From Candidatus Latescibacterota bacterium (GTDB taxonomy: Bacteria > Latescibacterota > UBA2968 > UBA8231): a DNA stretch of 64,000 bases. Positions 29,501 to 38,575 of the stretch are shown here, in pieces. The position numbers were made by a program, and so were the translations under genes. Numbering within the stretch: the stretch's first letter is position 1; the number at the start of each line of letters is the position of its first letter. The notes under the pieces were generated by a model. The model had not been told where the DNA came from and ran no database searches. It worked only from the letters and a program-made list of their open reading frames with translations. Location: NCBI GenBank assembly GCA_965217585.1, contig OZ244561.1, forward strand, positions 448,001 through 512,000. Direction: 5' to 3'.

Positions 29501-29762
29501 CATTGCCTAGCTGATACCAAGCCGCCGCGACTACGGGCAATTCCAGGTCCCTGCCAAACGTCACCCGTACACTATCGGTGCGCACGGCCCTGCTGTCGAA
29601 TTTGACGATCTTTGAGTACTCAATGATCGCCCCTTCAAACTCGCCAAGGGCGTAGAGAGATTGTCCGGCGTCAAAACTGGTCTTCAGATTTTGCGGCACC
29701 GGTAGGAAAAGGCTAGCTCCTAGCCCCAATCCCAGCGCGATAAGTCCAGCCCAGACCGTCAT
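26508..29762 (-). CDS. Large periplasmic TPR protein (BamD/CpoB-like repeats)
   Basis: 1084 aa with an N-terminal hydrophobic segment and many A..Y.....YPxS...A.Y..G repeats. Confidence 0.85.
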   Translation of the reverse strand: MTVWAGLIALGLGLGASLFLPVPQNLKTSFDAGQSLYALGEFEGAIIEYSKIVKFDSRAVRTDSVRVTFGRDLELPVVAAAWYQLGNAYKKSGQHEKAVEAYRQVIDVGTVVTEDFKSLVQFQVAETRFFAKEYSESAKEYKRYVELFPETREAGKAYFYAGWSEFNTKEYDQSIETLNGMLAAYPQDRYAPDSQYRIASALYEKGEYGKAVDMTQIVLDKYPNSPVIAQALYLKARAYDQMGRDAEAIKAYRDVRNLYDRMFELLRGSFREGKNVDFENYRELFETSSLRVAEIFRKTDQFEQAYQELIAAQETAEERFYKAKVQMRIGDNYMEWDKFDEAWTAYNQVIELYGDTPYPANAQYQKGEAKYFAADYAAAREDYLKLLADYPDSETGLRSAALYSAGWSAEKIGVADQAIASYTQAVDNFPRSDQAPLCLLRIARLSYEQQKVEEAIEAYKAITESYQDTRHTADAYYGLGILYRDEEQKDEAIAAFSKVDRDARETYIAALIEAANIYISQDRITEGRVLLNQLLEGVTGDRDLEARAHFQMAQLDLNNKNYVDAVERYTMVLEEYPESDVIVIRDTRYGRGLAYHYSGRYDRALVDYKWLLDTKIPKAMQLKVSFSMALSYSAEGSDDEAEKLLNEVIASGDESLVRSARLQKISMAEKKGNPEEAVRIYEEMLATTTSSEDRERLLVRLANAYFKLDKFQQSIEAAQELIDLAINAESIANALFVQGNCFYRSEQFVQAIATYNTIIENYPQIAWAKNAQFQIGVAYNRLSANGNVDVLPAMSKAFNTYYTQYPEDERAVHAYYYDAWAHYRMGKWRVASDIFASLADNYPQSHYASEALFRAGDALFNMTNRSGLEDKNQNFLDAMVFYDRIIKRYARSSHADDALYNKAWCLINLDRKEEAVPVFERIVAEYPDGTYGARSQFTLGDYYYGLKDYEKATESYQTFLERFPADKLIAQDRALPKKARTLLGHLAEIDAYNLYATGEKLLAEDNFDEAMAIFEEVRQKYPKSDQAVNSLVNIGAAYMKQEEFRQAGAVFQEVVDNYGDNPKYVTQVDYAREQLEVMQEARVL

Positions 29763-29819
29763 TTGTGCATCTCCTTGTCTAGGTTCCTAGTTTGGAGTTC
29801 ATCGGGGCTTTCTTTGCTG

Positions 29820-30755
29820 TTAGAATTCATAGGCAAAGGAAAACCGGTGCGCACCATTGGTCTCGGTCAGATCCAAGCCGATGTCATAGGCATAGTCGAA
29901 CATCAACTGGTTCCACTGATAGCCCAACCCCGCATTCAACCCCCCACCGGCGTCCTCAGACAACAAACGACGACCCCCCGCCCGCAACAACAACCCCTCC
30001 ACTAACTGCGTCTCCCCCCCAACAACCAACCCCTGATCCGATCCCTCCCCCGTCAAATCCCGACGCACGTATTGCACCGACACCAACGACTGACTGCTCA
30101 GACGATACCCCACCCCCACATGCACATCCATGGGCAACATACCCGCATCCGCGTCTCCTTCAACCTCACCATACGCCACATTCGGCTGATTGATATTCTT
30201 CAACAACACCCCCACCTGCGCCCCTTGCACCGGACTCTGCCACAGCAAACCCAAATCCACGCCTACGTTGCCTGCACTCTGGTTTGACAGCGGGTCGGGA
30301 CGCCCATCATCGTCGGGAATTGCCCCCACACTCCAAAACAAATACTTGGCCGACACCCCCACCTGAAGCCGACGCTGCACCTGATACGACAGCGACACAA
30401 ACGCCCCGTTCTCGCTCATCAGCGACGAGCCAATCCGCTCATAGCCCAAGCCCAAGCCCATCTTGTCGCCCAAAGGCTGCGCATAGGAAACCACGTGCTG
30501 ACCCAGATCGTCGCCTTCGATGCCCGCATACAGCAGCGACACGTTGGTGTAGGCCACCTGACGCTGCGCCACCTGACCTAACCCCGCCGGATTGGCAAAC
30601 ACCGCATCCGCGTTGTCGGCCACCGCCACAAAGCTGTTGCCCAACCCCTGGGCCCGTGCCCCCGAGCCGACATTCTGAATGTTGACGACCCCCTCGCTTG
30701 GTTGAGCGACGAACAGCAAGCCGACTAAAACACTAAGCATTTTCAGAGATTTCAT
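29820..30755 (-). CDS. PorV/PorQ-like (FadL superfamily) outer-membrane beta-barrel
   Basis: Signal peptide, GSGARAQGLGNSFVAVADNADAVFANPAGL, alternating beta-strands and terminal HRFSFAYEF. Confidence 0.85.
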   Translation of the reverse strand: MKSLKMLSVLVGLLFVAQPSEGVVNIQNVGSGARAQGLGNSFVAVADNADAVFANPAGLGQVAQRQVAYTNVSLLYAGIEGDDLGQHVVSYAQPLGDKMGLGLGYERIGSSLMSENGAFVSLSYQVQRRLQVGVSAKYLFWSVGAIPDDDGRPDPLSNQSAGNVGVDLGLLWQSPVQGAQVGVLLKNINQPNVAYGEVEGDADAGMLPMDVHVGVGYRLSSQSLVSVQYVRRDLTGEGSDQGLVVGGETQLVEGLLLRAGGRRLLSEDAGGGLNAGLGYQWNQLMFDYAYDIGLDLTETNGAHRFSFAYEF

Positions 30756-30790
30756 AATGCCAACTCCTCCTTGGTGGTCTCGCTTAAAGG

Positions 30791-31534
30791 CTAGTTTGCC
30801 TTAGCGACTTTAGGAACGACCGTGCCGTCCTTGTAAATCTTGCCGATATCTCGGACGAATTTATAGGAAATATTGGTGGTCTCCACCGGCTCGTTGCGAA
30901 AGTCAAATCGCAGGATTACGTCGAGCACTTGGACTTCGATATCACTCACGTCGGGGTGGAGCACGGGAAAAATGACAAAGCCTTCCGCCTCTTGGCCGCT
31001 GAAGATCTCCTCGTCTTTGAGCATCGTCCTCCGCAGCAAGTCGCGGCGCTCCTGGTAGCGAGCATATTCGTTGCCCCTATAGCCTATGGCATAGGCGCGA
31101 TAATAAGTATCGAGTTGCTCGAAGTTGAGACTCCAATACTCGCGATTATTGCTCGCTTTGACGACGATTTTGCTCGGATCGATTTTGACTTTGGGGTAGG
31201 CGTAATTCTTAATGCTGAGACGGAAGACGGTGAATCGCTGTTTTTCTTCGTCTGTCCCCCAAAATATCGTGTTGCCAAAGGTATAGGGGTTTGTAGACTT
31301 AGGACCCGCTTGGGAATTGTTGAAAAACTGGCGGTTCAACTCCTCGTCGGTCATCGGCTTGAGTCTCACTTCAAAGCGATCCTGGGCAAAGGTCAAGGTC
31401 CCATCATCTGCCACGCTGATCGACGAGGCTTGATGTTGGCCAGGCTGCAATGGGCCCGTGTAATAGCTATATCCACAGCCCAGCAAACCCGAGCCGATAA
31501 TCAAGGCCAAGCATAACACTCTTGTAACCATCAT
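30791..31534 (-). CDS. Conserved lipoprotein (NPYTFG family), paralogue of 50618..51376
   Basis: Lipobox LLGC; shares DDGT, PMTDEELNRQF, NPYTFGN, RFTVFR and YPKV with its paralogue. Confidence 0.8.
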   Translation of the reverse strand: MMVTRVLCLALIIGSGLLGCGYSYYTGPLQPGQHQASSISVADDGTLTFAQDRFEVRLKPMTDEELNRQFFNNSQAGPKSTNPYTFGNTIFWGTDEEKQRFTVFRLSIKNYAYPKVKIDPSKIVVKASNNREYWSLNFEQLDTYYRAYAIGYRGNEYARYQERRDLLRRTMLKDEEIFSGQEAEGFVIFPVLHPDVSDIEVQVLDVILRFDFRNEPVETTNISYKFVRDIGKIYKDGTVVPKVAKAN

Positions 31535-32514
31535 TCAGAAACTCCTCTGTGGTACAGCTCTGTGTACAAAGAGGCTTTCAAGCGCCCCCAAGACCTCGGC
31601 TCCACAGCCGTCACTTGAAAAGTACCCTCTAGCGGCATCAGGATCAAGTCGGTGAAGCGATCAGAAAAACGATTCGAGTTGTATTGGCCCGAAAGCGACC
31701 ACTTAGCATCAAAAAGCTCTGAATGCACATCAAAATCGTTGAACTCTACGTTAAAACCAAGGATTTCACCTTCCCGCAAGAGGTGCTCTTCGCTTTGAAA
31801 GACCGCATTGATATCGACGCGGTCAAAGGGCACAAGCATGACTTCGTAGTTCGTCACTCCCTCTCCTCCCAAGACACCTACAAACTCGACCGCCGCCCTA
31901 GTATAAGGTCCGTCGGATAATGCGTACCAAACGGCGGCGGACCAATTAACGAAAAAATCCTCATCGGGCGGCGGACCAGCCAAAACGAAGTGGTTGGCTT
32001 CAGTTCCGTTGCGCCGTCTCCACTCTTCGTGGCTCAACTCGGTGAAATTGGCGAATTGTCCACCTGAGTGGTCCGCGTCGATAAACAATTCCATCGCGTC
32101 GTCTTTCCAAATCACCGTAGCACTACCGGCGGGACGGTCAATCTGGTGTATATCATCGCGAACCTGAGCAGCGATGTAGAGCCTGTTTACCGCTTTATTC
32201 CACCCTACCATGAGACGAGCAGAAAAATCGCCCGAACCGATCGCCTCAACTTCTGGACTAATCAGGTCGTGAAATTGACCCGTTAATATGGCGTAAGAGT
32301 CGCCTACAACTTCCCAATCTCTCAATTCTCCGTCAATGACGGGAACTAAGTGATCGGGAAACTGAAAAGCTCTGTAGGCCATTCCTTCGGGGTAATGACC
32401 CAAAACCGGTTTAGCCGAGCCTACTGTTATCTGTAGCACCAGAGCTAAAAAAAATAAACGCGACCACAGCACCTCGGCCAACGCCTTCTTATTCGTTGTT
32501 TTAACGTCTTTCAA
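31531..32514 (-). CDS. Secreted CBM9/DOMON-like sugar-binding protein with SWGRLKA motif
   Basis: PVIDGELRDW, LYIAAQVRDD, DAMELFID and ILGFNVEFND motifs; TAVEPRSWGRLKA near the C-terminus. TTG start is uncertain. Confidence 0.7.
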   Translation of the reverse strand: MKDVKTTNKKALAEVLWSRLFFLALVLQITVGSAKPVLGHYPEGMAYRAFQFPDHLVPVIDGELRDWEVVGDSYAILTGQFHDLISPEVEAIGSGDFSARLMVGWNKAVNRLYIAAQVRDDIHQIDRPAGSATVIWKDDAMELFIDADHSGGQFANFTELSHEEWRRRNGTEANHFVLAGPPPDEDFFVNWSAAVWYALSDGPYTRAAVEFVGVLGGEGVTNYEVMLVPFDRVDINAVFQSEEHLLREGEILGFNVEFNDFDVHSELFDAKWSLSGQYNSNRFSDRFTDLILMPLEGTFQVTAVEPRSWGRLKASLYTELYHRGVSE

Positions 32515-32656
32515 TTACTATCGGGCTGTATGATAATCAATGGCCTAAGACGTGTCAAGATATATTAGAGACAGCCATAAAAATAATGGGCCTATAACGG
32601 ACAAAATCAATAAATAACAATAAGTTAGGGTTATTTAATCCCCTTGTAAATCATTG

Positions 32657-32669
32657 CCCCCCCCCCCCC
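32657..32669. repeat. C13 homopolymer in divergent promoter region
   Basis: 13 consecutive C within the AT-rich intergenic region 32515..32933. Confidence 0.85.
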
Positions 32670-32933
32670 ATCTGTGCCTCGACTTCACTGATTATCTGAG
32701 CGATTGACGACAAAGGCCCCTCTTTTTTCGCGCTCGGCGACCCGATCTGACTATCTTGAGATGTTCACCGATATACTATATTATATAGCAAATTATATAG
32801 CAATGTCGACCAAGATACAAGATTAGCCCGGTCGGTGCGGACTGGGCTGGAGCGTGCAACCGCCGTCGGCGTCCTTGCTCTGCTTGTCGCAGGCAGAGGG
32901 CCAAGGGCTTACATTCTTGCGCGGAGGTATTCG

Positions 32934-35588
32934 ATGATCAGGTTGTTGGTAGCGGCGCTCGGCGTCGCGTTCGTACTCTGCAACGGCTATGCCGAAGTCA
33001 AGCGGTGGCGGATAGGCGACGATGTGCATCCTTGGACTCTGCGGCCTGTCACCGGTCGCCTCGACCTAGGCCGTAGCTGGGCTGTTGAGTTGATCGCCGA
33101 CGACGATGGCGACGGACTCATCGACGAAGACTCGGTCGAGCTAATCGACAACGATGACGACGGCGAGCTCAACGAAGACCCAGCCGACGAGCAAGTTGAC
33201 AACGACGACGACGGTCAGCTCAACGAGGACCCAGCTAATAGAAGCGATGACGATGGCGACGGACTCATCGACGAAGACCCACCGGAATTTTTCGACAACG
33301 ATCTCGACGGGCTCATCGACGAGGACGGGCCGGATCCTCAGTTCGACAACGACGGCGATGGGCGGCTCAACGAGGACGGGTTGTACACTCCCTTTGACGA
33401 CGATTGGGACGGCCAGCTCAATGAGGACCCAGTCAACGGAATCGACGATGATCAAGACGGACTCATCGACGAAGACCCACCGCTGCCCGAGCACGGCCAA
33501 GGCGTGACCACCTGGCTTCGGCCAGTGCGTCTGGACAGTCTGCGCAACCTCGCCTACCTGCTCAACCAGCGCTTCAAGGCTGGCGAGTTCGGCGGCATCA
33601 TCCCCGGCAAGGATCCCCAGCGTCCCTTTATGGTGGTGCCGAGCGAATATGGCTTTCGCCGTGAGATCGCCGACCCGATTTCGGCCGACTACTGGGCGAC
33701 CGCGCAGGTAATCGGTCGCGTCGACGCGGAAAAGTCGGTCGACGGCAACCTGCGCACGGAATACGGCTCCGCCCTTTACGGCCGCGGCGGCGTCGGCATC
33801 AACCTAATGGGTTACTACTATCTCAACCGCATCGTCTTCCGCCCGCGGCCGACCTTGCCCGCCAGCACTATTGCCAACTACTTCATCCGCTACGGCGACC
33901 AAACCACGATCGACAGCCGCTCCGAAACCATTCAAGCGCGCAGAACACTAGTCCCCGTTACCAACGGCCAGTTCAACCCGGTAGTCAAGGATATCCGATT
34001 CGATCGGCCCTTTGTCGCCGGCCGCCTCGATGTAGTCTCGACGGATCCCAAGGGCACCTATGTCGAGACTGCCGAAGCTGGCTATTTTGGCGACGGCTAC
34101 GCCATCGACGGGCTGTACACCTCGGCCATCATTGATGTGGGCACGCCCACCCCGCGCATCCGTCGCTACGACCGCGAGATCGAGCAATTCGCCGGCTCGC
34201 AGCGCGATGCCTATGAAAGCCAATTTCTCCTCGATATGGCCGGCGACCAAGTCAACTGGGGCAAGGTACGCTGGCGCGGGCGCCGTGATAGCCGCGACGG
34301 CGACGTCCGCATCCAGTTCCGCGTTGGTAACACCCTCGACACCCACATCTACGCCCGCCGCTTGGGGCCGGGGCTGTCGGACACCCAAGATGAAGACGGC
34401 AATCCCCTCGATATGTTTTCTTGGATCAAGCTCCCCGAAGGCCGCATCCCCGAGCGCGAACTGCAATACAACGAACTGGGCATCGACTTGGGCAACGACG
34501 GCCCCTTGGGCTGGAGCTTCTGGTCGGCACCTTTCAAGCTCGAAGACGCCCTCATCGACGAGAATTTGCCCGAATCCGAGTGGCACAACGCCGGCGTCCA
34601 GCTTCCCCTACCCGGAGGAACTCGCTACATCCAGTTCCGCATCTTCTTCGACTCCGCCCAGCACAGCGCGGCCCTGTTGGACTTCATCGAGTTCGACTAC
34701 GACGCGCCGCTGGTCTCGGGTGGGATCGTCGCCGAAATTTTCCCCCCGCGCGTCTCCTTGGGCGAGGAGACGACTTTCCGCTATTTTGTCCGGCCATTCT
34801 TCAAAACGGGCGAGGCTACCTCCTTCAACCGGATCGAGATCGCCGTGCCCAGCGCGGATACGCGCATCGACACCTTGCGCTTCGACGGCCAAGACTGGAC
34901 CGAAATCGCCGATGGCACGACCGCCGATCCCCTGCGCGACGTCCATCCCCTCCGCCTCGCCCCGGTACAGGGCCGCGCCGATAGCTTGGGGCAATTTGCC
35001 CAGAGCGTAGTCAAGGATCCGCTCACTGGCTCGGCCAAACTGCACATCAAGCTACCCCTGATGGGTGCCGAGCACTTCCAATTCGACCAGAATATCGAGA
35101 TCGTCTTTCGCTCCAAGCTGTTCCGTGGCTCAGAAGAGTTCACCAGCTCAGTGTGGAATGACCAAGGCGACCCCGGCGTCGAATCCATCCCGCAACCAGC
35201 CGAGGATGGGGACGCCACACCCGACATAGCCACCAATGCCCTCCTCGTGGTCGCCGACGAGATCAACCAAATCGTTAAGAGCCCCCACATCGACCCAAAC
35301 CCCTTTACCCCCAACGGCGATGGCATCAACGACGAAATCACTTTTTCCTTTGACCTTTTCCTCGTCCTCGGTCAGGTCGATGTCCAAGTCGAAATCTACG
35401 ATCTGTCCGGCCGCCGCATCGCCCAGATTCAGACAGACGGCTCGACCGCAGGCAGCCTCCAAGTCAAGTGGGATGGCCGCGATAGCCAAGGCCAAGTCGC
35501 CCCCCCGGGCATCTATCTCTATCGACTGGCCATTGATTTAGACAACACCGCCACGGAGCGCTCGGGGACCCTATCGCTGGCCTATTGA
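32934..35588 (+). CDS. Secreted FlgD-Ig/FTPNGD protein with acidic DxDxDGxxxED repeats (array 2, copy 1)
   Basis: GGAGG then ATG at 32934. Signal peptide, eight acidic repeats, WGKVRW, WSFWS, PNPFTPNGDGIND and terminal LAY. Confidence 0.9.
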   Translation: MIRLLVAALGVAFVLCNGYAEVKRWRIGDDVHPWTLRPVTGRLDLGRSWAVELIADDDGDGLIDEDSVELIDNDDDGELNEDPADEQVDNDDDGQLNEDPANRSDDDGDGLIDEDPPEFFDNDLDGLIDEDGPDPQFDNDGDGRLNEDGLYTPFDDDWDGQLNEDPVNGIDDDQDGLIDEDPPLPEHGQGVTTWLRPVRLDSLRNLAYLLNQRFKAGEFGGIIPGKDPQRPFMVVPSEYGFRREIADPISADYWATAQVIGRVDAEKSVDGNLRTEYGSALYGRGGVGINLMGYYYLNRIVFRPRPTLPASTIANYFIRYGDQTTIDSRSETIQARRTLVPVTNGQFNPVVKDIRFDRPFVAGRLDVVSTDPKGTYVETAEAGYFGDGYAIDGLYTSAIIDVGTPTPRIRRYDREIEQFAGSQRDAYESQFLLDMAGDQVNWGKVRWRGRRDSRDGDVRIQFRVGNTLDTHIYARRLGPGLSDTQDEDGNPLDMFSWIKLPEGRIPERELQYNELGIDLGNDGPLGWSFWSAPFKLEDALIDENLPESEWHNAGVQLPLPGGTRYIQFRIFFDSAQHSAALLDFIEFDYDAPLVSGGIVAEIFPPRVSLGEETTFRYFVRPFFKTGEATSFNRIEIAVPSADTRIDTLRFDGQDWTEIADGTTADPLRDVHPLRLAPVQGRADSLGQFAQSVVKDPLTGSAKLHIKLPLMGAEHFQFDQNIEIVFRSKLFRGSEEFTSSVWNDQGDPGVESIPQPAEDGDATPDIATNALLVVADEINQIVKSPHIDPNPFTPNGDGINDEITFSFDLFLVLGQVDVQVEIYDLSGRRIAQIQTDGSTAGSLQVKWDGRDSQGQVAPPGIYLYRLAIDLDNTATERSGTLSLAY

Positions 35589-35825
35589 CCAAAATGCGCA
35601 CCTTTGTCCGAGCCTTCGGAACCGGGCAAAGGCCCCTCTTTTTTTAGCCTCGTCGACCCGATCTGACTATCTTGAGATGTTCACCCATATACTATATAAT
35701 AGGACAGCAAAACGTCCGTAATTAGCCTAGCCGGTGCAGACAATGGAGCGCGCAACTGCCGTCGGCGTCTTTGTTATGCTCGTCGCAGACAGTCAAGGGC
35801 TTACACTCTTGCGCGGAGGTATTCG

Positions 35826-38480
35826 ATGATGAGGTTGTTGGTAGCGGTACTCGGCGTCGCGTTTGTACTCTGCAACGGCTATGCCGAAGTCAAGCGGTGG
35901 CGGATAGGCGACGATGTGCATCCTTGGACTCTGCGGCCTGTCACCGGTCGCCTCGACCTAGGCCGTAGCTGGGCCGTCGAGTTGATCGCCGATGACGATG
36001 GCGACGGACTCATCGACGAAGACCCGGTCGAGCTAATCGACAACGACGACGACGGCCAACTCAACGAAGACCCAGCCGACGAGCAAGTTGACAACGACGA
36101 CGACGGTCAGCTCAACGAGGACCCAGCTAATAGAAGCGATGACGATGGCGACGGACTCATCGACGAAGACCCACCGGAATTTTTCGACAACGATCTCGAC
36201 GGGCTCATCGACGAGGACGGGCCGGATCCTCAGTTCGACAATGACGGCGATGGGCTACTCAACGAGGATGGGTTGTACACTCCCTTTGACGACGATTGGG
36301 ACGGCCAGCTTAATGAGGACCCAGCCAACGGAATCGACGATGATCAAGACGGACTCATTGATGAAGACCCGCCGCTGCCCGAGCACGGCCAAGGCGTGAC
36401 CACCTGGCTTCGGCCAGTGCGTCTGGACAGTCTGCGCAACCTCGCCTACCTGCTCAACCAGCGCTTCAAGGCTGGCGAGTTCGGCGGCATCATCCCCGGC
36501 AAGGATCCCCAGCGTCCCTTTATGGTGGTGCCGAGCGAATATGGCTTTCGCCGTGAGATCGCCGACCCGATTTCGGCCGACTACTGGGCGACCATGCAGG
36601 TAATCGGTCGCGTCGACGCGGAAAAGTCGGTCGACGGCAACCTGCGCACGGAATACGGCTCCGCCCTTTACGGCCGCGGCGGCGTCGGCATCAACCTAAT
36701 GGGTTACTACTATCTCAACCGCATCGTCTTCCGCCCGCGGCCGACCTTGCCCGCCAGCACTATTGCCAACTACTTCATCCGCTACGGCGACCAAACCACG
36801 ATCGACAGCCGCTCCGAAACCATTCAAGCGCGCAGAACACTAGTCCCCGTTACCAACGGCCAGTTCAACCCGGTAGTCAAGGATATCCGATTCGATCGGC
36901 CCTTTGTCGCCGGCCGCCTCGATGTAGTCTCGACGGATCCCAAGGGCACCTATGTCGAGACTGCCGAAGCTGGCTATTTTGGCGACGGCTACGCCATCGA
37001 CGGGCTGTACACCTCGGCCATCATTGATGTGGGCACGTCCACCCCGCGCATCCGTCGCTACGACCGCGAGATCGAGCAATTCGCCGGCTCGCAGCGCGAT
37101 GCCTATGAAAGCCAATTTCTCCTCGATATGGCCGGCGACCAAGTCAACTGGGGCAAGGTACGCTGGCGCGGGCGCCGTGATAGCCGCGACGGCGACGTCC
37201 GCATCCAGTTCCGCGTTGGTAACACCCTCGACACCCACATCTACGCCCGCCGCTTGGGGCCGGGGCTGTCGGACACCCAAGATGAAGACGGCAATCCCCT
37301 CGATATGTTTTCTTGGATCAAGCTCCCCGAAGGCCGCATCCCCGAGCGCGAACTGCAATACAACGAACTGGGCATCGACTTGGGCAACGACGGCCCCTTG
37401 GGCTGGAGCTTCTGGTCGGCACCTTTCAAGCTCGAAGACGCCCTCATCGACGAGAATTTGCCCGAATCCGAGTGGCACAACGCCGGCGTCCAGCTTCCCC
37501 TACCCGGAGGAACTCGCTACATCCAGTTCCGCATCTTCTTCGACTCCGCCCAGCACAGCGCGGCCCTGTTGGACTTCATCGAGTTCGACTACGACGCGCC
37601 GCTGGTCTCGGGTGGGATCGTCGCCGAAATTTTCCCCCCGCGCGTCTCCTTGGGCGAGGAGACGACTTTCCGCTATTTTGTCCGGCCATTCTTCAAAACG
37701 GGCGAGGCTACCTCCTTCAACCGGATCGAGATCGCCGTGCCCAGCACGGATACACGCATCGACACCTTGCGCTTCGACGGCCAAGACTGGGCCGAAATCG
37801 CCGATGGCACGACCGCCGATCCTCTCCGCGACGTCCATCCCATCCGCCTCGCCCCGGTACAGGGCCGCGCCGATAGCTTGGGGCAATTTGCCCAGAGCGT
37901 AGTCACAGATCCGCTCACCGGCTCGGCCAAACTGCACATCAAGCTACCTTTGATGGGTGCCGAGCACTTCCAATTCGACCAGAACATCGAGATCGTCTTT
38001 CGATCCAAGCTGTTCCGTGGCTCAGAAGAGTTCACCAGCTCGGTGTGGAATGACCAAGGCGACCCCGGCGTCGAATCCATTCCGCAACCGGCCGAGGATG
38101 GGGACGCCACACCCGACATAGCCACCAATGCCCTCCTCGTGGTCGCCGACGAGATCGACCAAATCGTCAAGGCCCCCCACATCGCCCCAAACCCCTTTAC
38201 CCCCAACGGCGATGGCATCAACGACAAAGTCACCTTTTCCTTCGACCTTTTCCTCGTCCTCGGTCAGGTCGATGTCCAAGTCGAAATCTACGATCTGTCC
38301 GGCCGCCGCATCGCCCAGATTCAGACAGACGGCTCGACCGCAGGTAGCCTCCAAGTCAAGTGGGATGGCCGCGATAGCCAAGGCCAAGTCGCCCCCCCGG
38401 GCATCTATCTCTATCGACTCGCCATCGACTTGGACAACACCGCCACGGAGCGCTCGGGGACCCTATCGCTGGCCTATTGA
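35826..38480 (+). CDS. Secreted FlgD-Ig/FTPNGD protein with acidic repeats (array 2, copy 2)
   Basis: 884 aa, near-identical to 32934..35588. Confidence 0.9.
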   Translation: MMRLLVAVLGVAFVLCNGYAEVKRWRIGDDVHPWTLRPVTGRLDLGRSWAVELIADDDGDGLIDEDPVELIDNDDDGQLNEDPADEQVDNDDDGQLNEDPANRSDDDGDGLIDEDPPEFFDNDLDGLIDEDGPDPQFDNDGDGLLNEDGLYTPFDDDWDGQLNEDPANGIDDDQDGLIDEDPPLPEHGQGVTTWLRPVRLDSLRNLAYLLNQRFKAGEFGGIIPGKDPQRPFMVVPSEYGFRREIADPISADYWATMQVIGRVDAEKSVDGNLRTEYGSALYGRGGVGINLMGYYYLNRIVFRPRPTLPASTIANYFIRYGDQTTIDSRSETIQARRTLVPVTNGQFNPVVKDIRFDRPFVAGRLDVVSTDPKGTYVETAEAGYFGDGYAIDGLYTSAIIDVGTSTPRIRRYDREIEQFAGSQRDAYESQFLLDMAGDQVNWGKVRWRGRRDSRDGDVRIQFRVGNTLDTHIYARRLGPGLSDTQDEDGNPLDMFSWIKLPEGRIPERELQYNELGIDLGNDGPLGWSFWSAPFKLEDALIDENLPESEWHNAGVQLPLPGGTRYIQFRIFFDSAQHSAALLDFIEFDYDAPLVSGGIVAEIFPPRVSLGEETTFRYFVRPFFKTGEATSFNRIEIAVPSTDTRIDTLRFDGQDWAEIADGTTADPLRDVHPIRLAPVQGRADSLGQFAQSVVTDPLTGSAKLHIKLPLMGAEHFQFDQNIEIVFRSKLFRGSEEFTSSVWNDQGDPGVESIPQPAEDGDATPDIATNALLVVADEIDQIVKAPHIAPNPFTPNGDGINDKVTFSFDLFLVLGQVDVQVEIYDLSGRRIAQIQTDGSTAGSLQVKWDGRDSQGQVAPPGIYLYRLAIDLDNTATERSGTLSLAY

Positions 38481-38575
38481 CCAAAATGCGCACCTTTGTC
38501 CGAGCCTTCGGAACCGGGCAAAGTACGCCGTGAAACGCTGGCAGAATTTCCCTTCATCGGCACCATTCTAACGCC

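Larger units (their letters stand above)
32711..38523 (+). repeat. Tandem duplication of a ~2.9-kb unit (leader + gene + trailer)
   Basis: Units 32711..35626 and 35627..38518, with CAAAG at all three boundaries (32711, 35627, 38519). Confidence 0.9.

Noticed and set aside
33100-36372. CRISPR-like periodic repeats (gacggactcatcgacgaagac)
   Set aside because: They are in-frame, degenerate coding repeats for acidic peptide units. No cas genes or unique spacers are present.
34060-37902. Long alternative-frame ORFs (316 aa x2) and the many antisense ORFs in the track
   Set aside because: They are Ser/Thr/Pro/Arg-rich shadows of GC-rich real genes, duplicated only because their host genes are.
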